A stretch of DNA of 49,778 nucleotides from Octopus bimaculoides (GCF_001194135.2 NC_068986.1:96700483-96750260); one strand, 5' to 3'; counted from the first letter of the stretch, positions 25,655 through 37,015 are shown. Made by a program: numbers and translations. The notes: generated from the letters alone by a model not told the origin.

Positions 25655-26292
25655 CCCCTGCATCAATTTTGTTTCCACATAACTTTCAGAAAAATGAATT
25701 TTTTTTTTTCACAATGAAATCGGAATTAGTATTGAAAAAATTTTCCGAGGTGAAGAGTTTCGGAAAATTCTCAGGAGCCAGCTTTGTTTCTTCGTAACTT
25801 TTGGAAAAATGGGTATTTTTTTAATGAAATTTTCTACAAATACCTTTCAGTGTGTGTAAATTACGATTATATCGTTATTCAATATTGAAAGGAAAATTGG
25901 TGAATAGACACACAAACATAGTGACATACGCTAGTTGTTTTTTCTTTTGTTTTCAAAATTTCAATTTTCATTTTATAGATATATATGTGACAGTATGTAT
26001 GTGTGTGAGTGCTCACCAATTTTCTTGTTCATGTTAAATTACGATATAATCGTAATCTACGCATTCTGAAGGGTATTTATTGAAAAGTTTATTAAAAAAT
26101 ACCTATTTCTCTGAAAGTTACAAGGAAGTCGTGTGAATTTTCCGAAACTCCTCTCCCAACTAACTAAAATAATTTTGTTTTTCACTACAAATTCTGGTAT
26201 GATCGGAACCTACACCACGCGAAGAGTATTTGTTGAAAATTTCATTGAAAAATATCCATTTTTCTGGAAGTTATGAGGAAATAAAATCGGGG
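25655..26292. mobile_element. Foldback/MITE-like palindromic element, 638 bp
   Basis: TA-CCCC...GGGG-TA ends; arms ~25655-25930 and ~25985-26292 are imperfect reverse complements; no ORF. Confidence 0.75.
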
Positions 26293-26467
26293 TAGCACAC
26301 ATGTGGAAGTATGCTCATCACCCTTACCGGAAAGCTAGTCCGTTGCAGGGTTACCGTTTACAGCTGAGAGAAAAAGAGAGGACAACCCGAAAAAATAAAA
26401 GGCCCAGTCTAGGTGAAAATACCCTCGTGGAGCTTGTATATATGGTGGATAGTATATTTATATATAT

Positions 26468-28850
26468 CAGTGGTTACCAACCTTTTTGTGATCGCGTACC
26501 ACTTTGAGATTTCGTACAGCCACCGCGTACCACCTGGTTCCAGAAAAACTCAATTCGATCAGATATCAATTCAATCAGTAGAAAACACAAATGAACTAGC
26601 AACAAAGAACACAGCTCAATTGAATACGAGGGCTGAATCTGTTTCTTCCCCACCAGCTGGTCAATGCGGGGCATAACCTTGCTTACAGCGCATCGGAAAT
26701 CATGGCCGGGGGCAGCAAGACGGTTCCGGCTCTTCGACTTGGTGGCCAGTAAGGCTGAGAACCCCTGGTCACACTCCCTCGTAGAGGAGAAAATCAGTAG
26801 CTGGGGAACAGCGTGGCGGGCTAGAGTCGGATAGGAGAAGGCCATGCTTAAGCAGAAGTTTATAGGAGAGCCTTCTTTTTTATTTCATCGTTGCTGTCTC
26901 GTCAGCCTGGATATCTATGAGTTCTGCTTGTTCCCTAGTTCCGACAGGTAACTCGGTTGGATCAACGGAGAATGGATTGGCGGACGATTACTTGGGTAAA
27001 TTCATCACTGGGCTCGCTTCAAGTGTAGTCAGGAGTTCGAACATTCCGTAGCGTTTGCTCTCCACGTTCTTCAACCACAGATCCAACTTCCGGACAAATG
27101 CTCCCAGCTTTGAGATGAACTCTGTGACAGTGCAGTTGGGCCCTTGAAACGACAGGTTTAAGTAGTTGAAGGCTCCAAAAATATCCAACAGGTAGGCCAA
27201 CCTTGAGATAAACTCCTCGTCCTCCAGATCTTTTTGAAAATCGTGTTCTTTCTTCGTGAAGAAAACAAGAAGTTCATCTTTCAATTCAAAGAGACGCCTC
27301 GTCGCATTACCTCGCGAGAGCCAGTGTGGTAGAGGAAACAGATGTGGTTGGAGCTGAAATCTTCGCAGAGCAGCTTGAACAGCCGAGTATTCAAAGCCAA
27401 CGTTTTGACGAAATTCACGATTCTACTAACTCGGTGGTTCAAGCATGATAAAAACTTCGGAGGGAGCACCTGAGAACAAAGGACGAATCTGTGTATGAAA
27501 CAATGGACAGCGGTGGCGTTTGATGACATAGCTTTCGCATGAGCTTGAAAATCTGACTTTCGACTATCAGTCGTGCATCCGACCAACTTTCCACAATCCA
27601 GTTCATTCTGCTCGAAGAAATTGTCCAAAACGTCGAAAATAAGCTTTCCTTTCGTTGTACTGGACAGCTTCTAGCTCAGCAGTATTTCAGTCTTCACAGC
27701 ATTATTCTGCGCGAAGTGGACGTAGGCAAGTAGTTGACAGCAGTTGGCGATGTCCGTCGATTCGTCGAGTTGAATAGCAAATTCGTACTTTGAGGCTCTC
27801 ACTCCCTCAAACACTTGGTCGGCAATGTCGACCGACATCTCCTCGATACGGCGCTCTACGGTGTTGTTAGAGACAGAAACACTCTCCAGCTTCGCCGCCG
27901 CCCCCTCTCCAATTACGTACCTGACCAAGATTTTTGCCGCTGGCATGACGAGAGACTCTGCAATGATATGCGCCTTCATGTTTTTAGCCTCCAGGAGAAC
28001 AACTTCATAGGATACCTTTCACAATTCCTGCCCTCTTCTGGTAGATCTGGCCAGTCTTGTATATGCGCTGCCGCTTTACGGTCTCGCCAAGTCGCTGGAA
28101 GTAATCCTGATCTCGGTCCTTCTTGTCCGCGTGATTCGTCTCAAGATAACGTTTGAGCAGGCTGGGTTTCATGGCTGCATTGAAAAGGGATTTCATACAG
28201 AGCAGACACTGCGGGGGAGCTTCTCCTCCACGTTCGATTGCAATGAAGCCATACTTTATGTACCCATGGTCATAGTTTAGCTTCGGCAGGTTATCAAAAC
28301 CTGTGGAAAAGTACAAAAAAATAATCAATCAATCAAGAAATAAAGAAATATAAAAATAAAAAATATACAAAATTATATTAATGATAATAATGATAATATA
28401 CACAATAAGAAAATTATGGATATGAAAGTAGCAAATCGTTGCCAGATTACCTTGTGTAAGACAGTAAACATTTTCGTGAAGAAAATAGTAACTTGTAACG
28501 GCCTGCCTGCCTCGCTAGCCCCACAGTCAGCCTCTACCCTGTCCAGAGAGAACAAAGACACGCACCAGAAACCAAACAACTGTCATTTATTAATGAGCAC
28601 ACGGCGGATTTTATACGTTCGTGCATCACGCCATACCCAAGGACACGCGCATTGGTTGGACGGCGCTGATCATTGTACAGAGAGCGAATAAAAGGTAATC
28701 GAAAAGTACTGATTACTGGTTGATTGATTTGGAATGCATTAATTACATGCTGGCCGAATGTTGGAAACAGCACGAACTAAAAATCGCATATTACCCCGAA
28801 AGTGCTCGCTTACCACACGTGGTACGCGTACAACATGTTGGGAACCATTG
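26468..28850 (-). mobile_element. hAT transposon (Buster/Charlie type), full length, fragmented transposase
   Basis: TIRs CAGTGGTTACCAACC and CAATGGTTCCCAACA; 8-bp TSD atatatat/atatatag with central TA. Fragments encode a BED-like PQCLLC region, FAIQLDESTD, HCFIH and the C-terminal QGFSALLATKSKSRNRL. Confidence 0.93.
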
Positions 28851-29014
28851 ATATATAGGCTGTCTGACGAAAGCTAGCAGGCTGAAACTTCGAAGTCACT
28901 GGACCCTTCTACTTGTAAAAGTTTAATATACAGGTACTCCACTAAAAGTATTGAGTAATCCTTCAGTTTAATGAATTTTTTTTTTATAACTTGATATAAA
29001 AATAAGCATTAATA

Positions 29015-29160
29015 TTGAGTTCTGAGTTCAAATTCCACCGAGGTCGACTTTGCCTGTCATCCTTTCAAGGTTGATAAAATAAGTATCAGTTGAGCACTGG
29101 AGTCAAAATAATCGACTTACCCTCTCCCCTGAAATTGCTTGCCTTGTGCCAAAATTTGAA
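29015..29160 (+). mobile_element. SINE family C, 5'-truncated
   Basis: ttctgagttcaaattccaccgaggtcgactttgcc...gccttgtgccaaaatttgaa. Confidence 0.8.
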
Positions 29161-29354
29161 ATTAATATTGAGTCTACGAACACATTAGGATGGAATAAAT
29201 ACCTGTTCCCGTGATATTTTAGCGACTGAGAGTGCAAGACTCCATCCAGATCGTCGCATAATCAACCTCACAGCAACGTTCTCAAAAATCCAATGCGTCA
29301 CACGACCCGAGAATCAAGTGCACCCAAAACCCTATACATGAGCTTTCTACACGT

Positions 29355-29376
29355 ACTCATACACATACATACATAC

Positions 29377-29421
<45 letters not shown>

Positions 29422-29427
29422 CATGCA

Positions 29428-29458
<31 letters not shown>

Positions 29459-29679
29459 CAAAGATCTCATATTGGCCTACATCACCCCAAATCATACCCA
29501 TTGGTACAAAAGTAAAAGTATGTTATTGATAGGATGTGCTTCTGTGATAGGAAGCTTCCGACATTTCGAACAAAGTCCTTCTCCAAGAGAAAAAAAATTT
29601 TGTTTGCTCTTTCTTAATAAAGGAGAAAAACAAACGGACTTCCTCGCCCACTCAAACTGTATCACACACACACACACAG

Positions 29680-29716
<37 letters not shown>
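29355..29716. repeat. Compound (ACAT)n/(AGAT)n microsatellites at 29355-29457 and 29678-29716
   Basis: Read directly. Confidence 0.9.
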
Positions 29717-29754
29717 CTATCAACATTTGATTGAGTTGTGGTTGCACTGTCCCA

Positions 29755-29990
29755 TATTGGGCATTTTAAATGGCGCGGAGCTCATACTTCTCCACGTCCG
29801 AACACATCCGATTTCTTCTTCTTCTTCTTCTTCTCCGAGAGAGAGAGAGAGAGAAAGAGGCGGGAGAGAAAGAAGAGGAAGAAAAGAAGAAGAAAGAGAA
29901 ATGGCTCCAGTCTGGACTGGTATTTTATTGATCGGCACCGAAAGTAGGATTTGAAGCGGAAAAGAAACTACGCCGATTTTTTTTTTATGC
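29755..29990 (+). promoter_or_regulatory. Candidate promoter region (possibly ZNF-3)
   Basis: YY1-like AAATGGCG near 29767, local CpG enrichment, and (TTC)n/(AG)n tracts. Confidence 0.3.
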
Positions 29991-30451
29991 ACCCTCGAAA
30001 CAAAAATATGCATTTTAAAGAAGTCATGGGGAAACAAAGTCAATGGGGTCACCACGCTCTAGTTATATCGAGAATACATATTTTATTTCTATAAAAAGAC
30101 ACTATGGTCAGGACTGGAACTTCTTTGAACATAGGTCGACTGGATCANNNNNNNNNNNNNNNNNNNNNNNNNNNNNNNNNNNNNNNNNNNNNNNNNNNNN
30201 NNNNNNNNNNNNNNNNNNNNNNNNNNNNNNNNNNNNNNNNNNNNNNNNNNNNNNNNNNNNNNNNNNNNNNNNNNNNNNNNNNNNNNNNNNNNNNNNNNNN
30301 NNNNNNNNNNNNNNNNNNNNNNNNNNNNNNNNNNNNNNNNNNNNNNNNNNNNNNNNNNNNNNNNNNNNNNNNNNNNNNNNNNNNNNNNNNNNNNNNNNNN
30401 NNNNNNNNNNNNNNNNNNNNNNNNNNNNNNNNNNNNNNNNNNNNNNNNNNN

Positions 30452-30573
30452 AATTTTAGTGGTTAAAGTTGCTTGAACACCTTAGCACTGTTTAATAGTG
30501 CTAATGTGTTTAAGGAGCAGAGAATAGGAAAATAATCCAGAGAACATGGCTATGCTGAGGTGAGGTAGCTTTC
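30452..30573 (+). other. Candidate 5' UTR exon end and donor of ZNF-3
   Basis: GAG|GTGAGGTAGCTTT at 30560 matches the ZNF-2 donor GAG|GTAAGAAAGCTTT at 13/16. Confidence 0.4.
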
Positions 30574-30921
30574 GTTTCATATGTTTATAATAGTTATTTC
30601 AAAATTAGTGTTGATGTTTTTTTTTTCTGAAAACAATCTTGTCCTCCTTAAACATTGTCAGCCCGACACAATGGTTTTAGCGTGGATCTTCAAAAGAAAG
30701 ACTTGCCTTCAACGCGTTTTTTTTTTGTTTTTTTTTCCCCCCTTTTAAAACTTCCCTTCGATTTCTGAGATTCTGCACCAGCTAATAACATTAATGCTTA
30801 CTATGAATGGTGATAGTTTTTATTAGCCGTAAAAGCCTAAGACAATATCAAAGGACGAAATGCAACACAAAAGGAGGGCGTTTACGTCAATTACAATAAA
30901 GATACTACTTACAGCCACTAA

Positions 30922-31127
30922 TAATACTGCTTTCAAATTTTGGCACAAGACCAGCAATTTTGGGACGGGGGAAGTCGATTACATTGACCACAGTACTTGG
31001 CTGGGACTTATTTTATCGATCACGAAAGAATGAAAGGCAAAGTCGATCTCGGCGGGATTTGAACTCAGAACATTAAGACGGACGAAATGCTGCTAAGCAT
31101 TTTGCCCCGTGTGCAAACGATTCTATT
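30922..31127 (-). mobile_element. SINE family C
   Basis: ttcaaattttggcacaagaccagcaattt...aaggcaaagtcgatctcggcgggatttgaactcagaac. Confidence 0.8.
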
Positions 31128-31536
31128 AACCACAAGAGTTGACTATTTATTTGTAATTAGAAGCTTATTAGAGTTGGAGTACGTTTTTATTAACTTCCTT
31201 TTCTCCATTTTCTTTTTTAAATGGATATAAATTGTGTGTGTGCGTGTAATTCGTTTACATTTGAAGTGTATACATGTATTTTATTCGCGATGTTTGAATT
31301 TCCAGTTGTTTTTCGCTCTGTAGAATTGACCGAATGCACATGCTTCTTTATTTTTGTTTATCTATTCCTCATCATTATTGATTTAACGTGCATTTTTTCC
31401 TTGCATGCGTGGGTCGAACTGAGTTTAATGAGGCAGATTTTCTACGGAATATCCTTCCTGTTGCCAACTCTCATATTCCAAACTAGGCAATATTTCGTCA
31501 TGGCCAGACATGTTTTCGCAAAATGTTGGAAATGAA

Positions 31537-32095
31537 TGTTGTTGGCACTCCGTCGCTTACGACGTCAAGGGTTCCAGTTGATCCGATCAACGGAACAGCC
31601 TGCTCGTGAAATTAACGTGCAAGTAGCTGAGCACTCCACAGACACGTGTACCCTTAACGTAGTTCTCAGGGATATTCAGCGTGACACAGTGTGACAAGGC
31701 TGACCCTTTGAATTACAGGTACAACAGAAACAGGAAGAAAGAGTGAGAGAAAGTTGTGGTGGAAGAGTACAGCAGGGTTCGCCACCATTCCNNNNNNNNN
31801 NGGAACAGCCTGCTCGTGAAATTAACGTGCAAGTAGCTGAGCACTCCACAGACACGTGTACCCTTAACGTAGTTCTCAGGGATATTCAGCGTGACACAGT
31901 GTGACAAGGCTGACCCTTTGAATTACAGGTACAACAGAAACAGGAAGAAAGAGTGAGAGAAAGTTGTGGTGGAAGAGTACAGCAGGGTTCGCCACCATTC
32001 CCTGCCGGAGCCTCGTGGAGCTTTAGGTGTTTTCGCTCAATAAACACTCACAACGCGAGTCCGCTGCCCTAACCACTGGGCCATTGCGCCTCCAC
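31537..32095 (-). mobile_element. SINE family A (one copy; 200 bp duplicated across a 10-N gap; B-box deleted)
   Basis: 31592-31791 equals 31802-32001. The head lacks the segment containing GGTTTCGATTCC that is present at 13051-13391. Confidence 0.88.
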
Positions 32096-32914
32096 CGGAA
32101 ATGAATGACACTGACGCTAATTTACAATTATCGTGCGATATCAAAACAAGGACCCACATACATACATAACAGGCTGCTTTCACTTTCCTCTAACAAATCC
32201 ATCCATAAAGGCTTTGGTTAGCTTAGGGCTAAAGTAGAAGATCCTTGTCCAAGGTGCCACATTCAGACTGAACCTGAAACCATGTGGTTGGGAAGCAGAC
32301 TTCTTAACTACTGTACCTCGCCTCTTCCTGTTTTCTTTTTCACTATTGAAAAAACAAAGAAGCAAATAAACATTTATTTTGGTTGAAAATATAATTATAA
32401 ATGCAAACAAAATATATTTATATACTTCCAATGTAAATGGAATATTTTTAGATAAAAATACATACAGCAGCTTCAAATCCTGTTGCCCCATTAAGGTCCT
32501 GATGTTAAACGAGTTTTTTCTTTTATTTTTTAATTAAAAAAAAATTTACTCATTCTAAGTCTCTGATTTCCAAAACAAAAATCTAAAGACCATTTTGGGA
32601 AGGGGAAGGGGAAGGGTATAATATAAAAATTCAGCATCTTCCTCCAAAGAAAAAAAATGGTGAGAATATCGTTCAGTAGGAACTCTACCAAATTTCGAAA
32701 TAGCGATGAGAAATTAATTTATATTTCCCTTACAACTTATAAGTGTAGCCTGGATATAGCTTTATATAATATTTTAAACAATTTTGGGAATGAAATATCT
32801 TGACCAATATTTTCTATGCTTTAATCAGAAGAGGAAGGATAGCACCCATGAATTTCTACCAGAAACTTCCAGACCTAATCTGAATTTTGTAGCATACGTA
32901 TGTATGTATGTATA

Positions 32915-33021
32915 TCATCATCATCATCATCATCATCGTCATTTAACGTCCGCTTTCCATGCTAGCATGGGTTGGACGATTTGACTGAGGACTGGTGAAA
33001 CCAGATGGTTACACCAGGCTC
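32915..33021 (-). mobile_element. 3' end of RTE-like LINE with (GAT)n tail
   Basis: (tca)n tcgtcatttaacgtccgctttccatgctagcatgggttggacg; a shorter copy lies at 35233-35287. Confidence 0.85.
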
Positions 33022-34229
33022 ATATATATATATATATATATATATATAAACAAATAGTAAATGAGTATATGCATATATACGTACAGGTATGTGCATACCG
33101 ACATCCACCTGTATGTATAGGTGCATATCTGGGTACAGGACATTGCAAACAAAACGTAGACGAGAAAACACACAAGCCACATAGAGAACATTCTTCTTCA
33201 TCAGCTACCCCCGTTTTAACACTGGCNNNNNNNNNNNNNNNNNNNNNNNNNNNNNNNNNNNNNNNNNNNNNNNNNNNNNNNNNNNNNNNNNNNNNNNNNN
33301 NNNNNNNNNNNNNNNNNNNNNNNNNNNNNNNNNNNNNNNNNNNNNNNNNNNNNNNNNNNNNNNNNNNNNNNNNNNNNNNNNNNNNNNNNNNNNNNNNNNN
33401 NNNNNNNNNNNNNNNNNNNNNNNNNNNAAAAGTTTTTATCTTTACCCTTTTAAATGTTTTTCAGCCCCCTGAAATTTCCCTTATTGAGGAGACCTATGAT
33501 CAAACACATTATAGTCGTAATTTTTTTGTTTTTTTTTATTTTAGGTATTGCATATATAGGAAATGTCTTTGCTGTATTAAGATACTAGAGTGTGATTTGA
33601 GGGAGATTTGGTTGTTTTATTTTTTGCAGGTTGAATGATTACCTAGAGGTTTCCATAATTTTATCAGTATTAATGATTTGAACTTTTTAATAGTAATAGA
33701 AAGCACCAGTTGCTTATTTTTCAACACTGGACACATAACTATACTTTCATTGCTCACACATTGTGAGTGCACATACTCATACAATCATACAAAGACATGT
33801 TATTTTTAATTACAGGCATGACTTAATTGGCAATTATATACTACATTACTTACTACATACTAAGATTTGTTTTATTTAATTTCAGGAGATCTATGTTGAA
33901 AAGAGGAATGCTCATAGATGTATTAACTGGAATTTTTAACGAAAATTATCCCAGAAGTTGTCATTAAAAAACATCAGTTAAAATGACTTGAGTATGGCAT
34001 TTACCAGACTCTTTGAGGCTGGCTGAATGATTAAGAACACATTTATGAGGATATGACCGAATTTGCAAAAGGTATCACAAATATAGCTGAACTTGAGACA
34101 AACTAGTTCATTAAGACAAGTAGTCACTGGAACAGTTCAAAGAGAACATTCTATTTTCTACTACAAGTGCTTTGGATGAAACAAATTCTTCTGTAGAATA
34201 TATTTTATGAAAGCTTTATTTATTGGAAA

Positions 34230-35003
34230 ATGTTGCAGACAGAGGAAAAACCTTACAAATGTGAGGTTTGTGGTAAAGTGTTTTCTCGAAACAGTCACTT
34301 AATAGTTCATATTCGTAGTCACACAGGTGAGAAACCATACCACTGTGAAATTTGTGGGAAAACATTTTCCCGAATGACACGACTTACAGATCATAGAAGT
34401 ACTCATTCAAGAGAAAAACTCTACAATTGTGACATCTGTAACAAATCCTTTTCTTGTAATAGTTACTTGTCAGATCATAGACGTATTCACAAAGAAAAAA
34501 TATTCAACTGCGAAATTTGTGAAAAAAAATTTTCTCGTAATTCTGATTTAATGTATCATAAACGTGTTCACACTGGAGAGAAACCATTTGACTGCGAAAT
34601 CTGTGGTAAAGCATTTTCACGTAGTATTAAGTTATTGTATCACAAACGTATTCACACAGGAGAAAAACCATACCAATGTGAAACATGTGGGAAAGCATTT
34701 TCTCAAAATAGTGCATTAAGAGATCATAAGCATATTCATACAGGAGAAAAACCATACCAGTGTGAAATCTGTGGGAAAGTGTTTTCACGCAGTACTAAAT
34801 TGTCAGACCACAGAAGGCTTCACAGTGGAATAAGGCAATACCAATGTGAAATTTGTGAGAAAGCATTTACATGTAGTAGTCACTTATCAAGCCATATACG
34901 GACACATACAGGGGAAAAACCATACCAGTGTGAAATTTGTGGTGAAGCATTTTCTAAAAATGGAAATTTATCGCGGCATCATCTCATTCACAGTAAAAAA
35001 TGA
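34230..35003 (+). CDS. C2H2 zinc-finger protein ZNF-3 (9 fingers, 257 aa)
   Basis: Intact ORF with an ATG start and 9 C2H2 units. Acceptor tttatttaatttcag ends at 33885. Confidence 0.93.
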   Translation: MLQTEEKPYKCEVCGKVFSRNSHLIVHIRSHTGEKPYHCEICGKTFSRMTRLTDHRSTHSREKLYNCDICNKSFSCNSYLSDHRRIHKEKIFNCEICEKKFSRNSDLMYHKRVHTGEKPFDCEICGKAFSRSIKLLYHKRIHTGEKPYQCETCGKAFSQNSALRDHKHIHTGEKPYQCEICGKVFSRSTKLSDHRRLHSGIRQYQCEICEKAFTCSSHLSSHIRTHTGEKPYQCEICGEAFSKNGNLSRHHLIHSKK

Positions 35004-36094
35004 ATTGTATCACTATGAAATTTGTGAAAATGTCTTCAAATCTAGATATTAATTAATCTTGTACACATTTTACAGATTAAAGAGTAAATGTAGCGGTAGA
35101 TTACTGAGAGATATTTTCTCAAAACCGTTTCTGAATTTTAAAGAAATATGTTGACACTGAGCATAACATGTCATATGATGAGTAATTTCAGGGGCATAGT
35201 TTTGCCATTCTGTGTAGTATCAGGTAATGTCTTCATCATCATCATCGTTTAACGTCTGCTTTCCATGCTAGCATGGGTTGGACGATTATAAATACAATAT
35301 CATTACTTTACTTTATTGAGATTTCATGCCCATAAAATACAATGAAATGAATACTAATTTTGAAAAGGAAAATTTTTATCTAAATGAAATGAAACAAATT
35401 TCTTTGGAACAGTAACACTGTTACAGATGTAATATTACCTAGTTTTTAACCACAGTGGCAAGAGTATATCCCTAATTAGTATATAGTAACTAAGGGAGAT
35501 ATATCCTGTAGGAGCGGAGTTATCTCCCTTAAGGAGTTAAACAAACGACAGAGACACTGCTAATTAGTAAATAAGTAAATCTTTATCCTTGTGATGTTTG
35601 TATACACCTTCCCAGTTGGTACGACATTTAACACCATATCTTGTAGTTTATATTATATAAATGTCTTGACAATTCATTTGATTGTTGTTTAACCTTGAGT
35701 CATCCCAGATTGATTCCGACAAAAACTAGCCTATTTTTTGAACATTCAGAATTACATTGTCCACAGAGTCTTATTCTTATTTGAGATGGTAGGGTTTGAT
35801 TCGAGATTTGTCTGCTATTTCTAGCAGGTTATGTTACTACATAGAGCTTTCCTCAGTTACCTTGCAGTTTCTTAGTATATTTTACTCAGGTAACAAATGA
35901 TGGTCACAAAATATCAAAATAAATGTGTTTGATATTTCTCATGTCTTCAACAATTACAAAATATTTATTGAATATATTTCCTAATAAACATGATAATTAT
36001 TTCAGGAATGTTAGCCCTTATTTCTTGTAAATATGTACAAATCTCAATTGAATGCCGATCCTAAAACTAAATATTTCTGTGACATGTTAATAGA

Positions 36095-36434
36095 AAGGCC
36101 GTCGACTCGGCGGTGATACCGACCGCGAGTGTGTGTGTGCGTCCGTGCGTTACGCACGCTAGGACAGGCGGTTGACGGATAACGAGCAGGTCGAGCGAGT
36201 CGTGGCAGTGAGAAGAAAAGCGAGCGAGCAAAGAGGCTGCAGACGCATCGGCGGAGGCCTCCCGCCGGGGCGATCGAAAGGCCATCGTCTCGGCGGCGAT
36301 ACCGTCCGCGTGTTACGCACGCCAGGACACGCTAGGACACTCGGCCGAGTAGGTCGACGGATAACGAGCAGGTCGAGCGAGTCGTGGCATCGAGAAGGAA
36401 GCGAGCAAGCGATTAGGAGACGAGGAAAGAGGCC
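36095..36434. repeat. GC-rich ~180-bp tandem duplication running into a gap (probably rDNA-derived)
   Basis: aaggccgtcgactcggcggtgatacc and aaggccatcgtctcggcggcgatacc start two units; gacggataacgagcaggtcgagcgagtcgtggca occurs in both. Confidence 0.7.
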
Positions 36435-36708
36435 NNNNNNNNNNNNNNNNNNNNNNNNNNNNNNNNNNNNNNNNNNNNNNNNNNNNNNNNNNNNNNNNNN
36501 NNNNNNNNNNNNNNNNNNNNNNNNNNNNNNNNNNNNNNNNNNNNNNNNNNNNNNNNNNNNNNNNNNNNNNNNNNNNNNNNNNNNNNNNNNNNNNNNNNNN
36601 NNNNNNNNNNNNNNNNNNNNNNNNNNNNNNNNNNNNNNNNNNNNNNNNNNNNNNNNNNNNNNNNNNNNNNNNNNNNNNNNNNNNNNNNNNNNNNNNNNNN
36701 NNNNNNNN

Positions 36709-36834
36709 GATAACAGGTCTGTGATGCCTTTAGATGTTCAGGGCCGCACGCGCTCTACACTGGCGGTATCAGCGGGCGCGTCTCCCTCGGCCCGAGAGGG
36801 TCGGGAAACCTCTGAACCACCTCCCGTGATAGGG
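36709..36834 (+). rRNA. 18S rRNA fragment (orphan copy, 3' major domain)
   Basis: ATAACAGGTCTGTGATGCCTTTAGATGTTCAGGGCCGCACGCGCTCTACACTG closely matches the conserved SSU motif after V7. Confidence 0.92.
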
Positions 36835-37015
36835 TTGTCAAACGATGTTGGGGGGGACAAACACAGACACACACATACATACATATATACAACGGGCTTC
36901 TTTCAGTTTCTATCTACCAAATCCACTCACAAGGCTTTGGTTGGCCCGAGGTACCATGCAGTGGGAATGAACTCGGAACCATGTGGTTGGTAAGCAAGCT
37001 ACTTACCACACAGCC
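36833..37015 (-). mobile_element. SINE family B, 5' half, fused to the 18S fragment
   Basis: ggttgtcaa...gggggacaaacacagac...gggcttctttcagtttc..ctaccaaatccactcacaaggctttgg...accatgtggttgg..cttaccacacagcc. Confidence 0.85.

Noticed and set aside
26626-28328. Domesticated ZBED5/SCAND3-like host gene
   Set aside because: The ORF is broken into five pieces, the catalytic Glu is altered, and TIRs and TSD are still present, so it is a dead transposon.
31592-32001. Exact 200-bp direct repeat
   Set aside because: Identical copies flank a 10-N gap, which indicates an unmerged contig overlap rather than biology.
36172-36993. 273-aa ORF
   Set aside because: It spans an N-gap, rDNA and a SINE. The same applies to the X-filled ORFs at 16890-17480, 30043-30466, 33069-33638 and 46414-46707.
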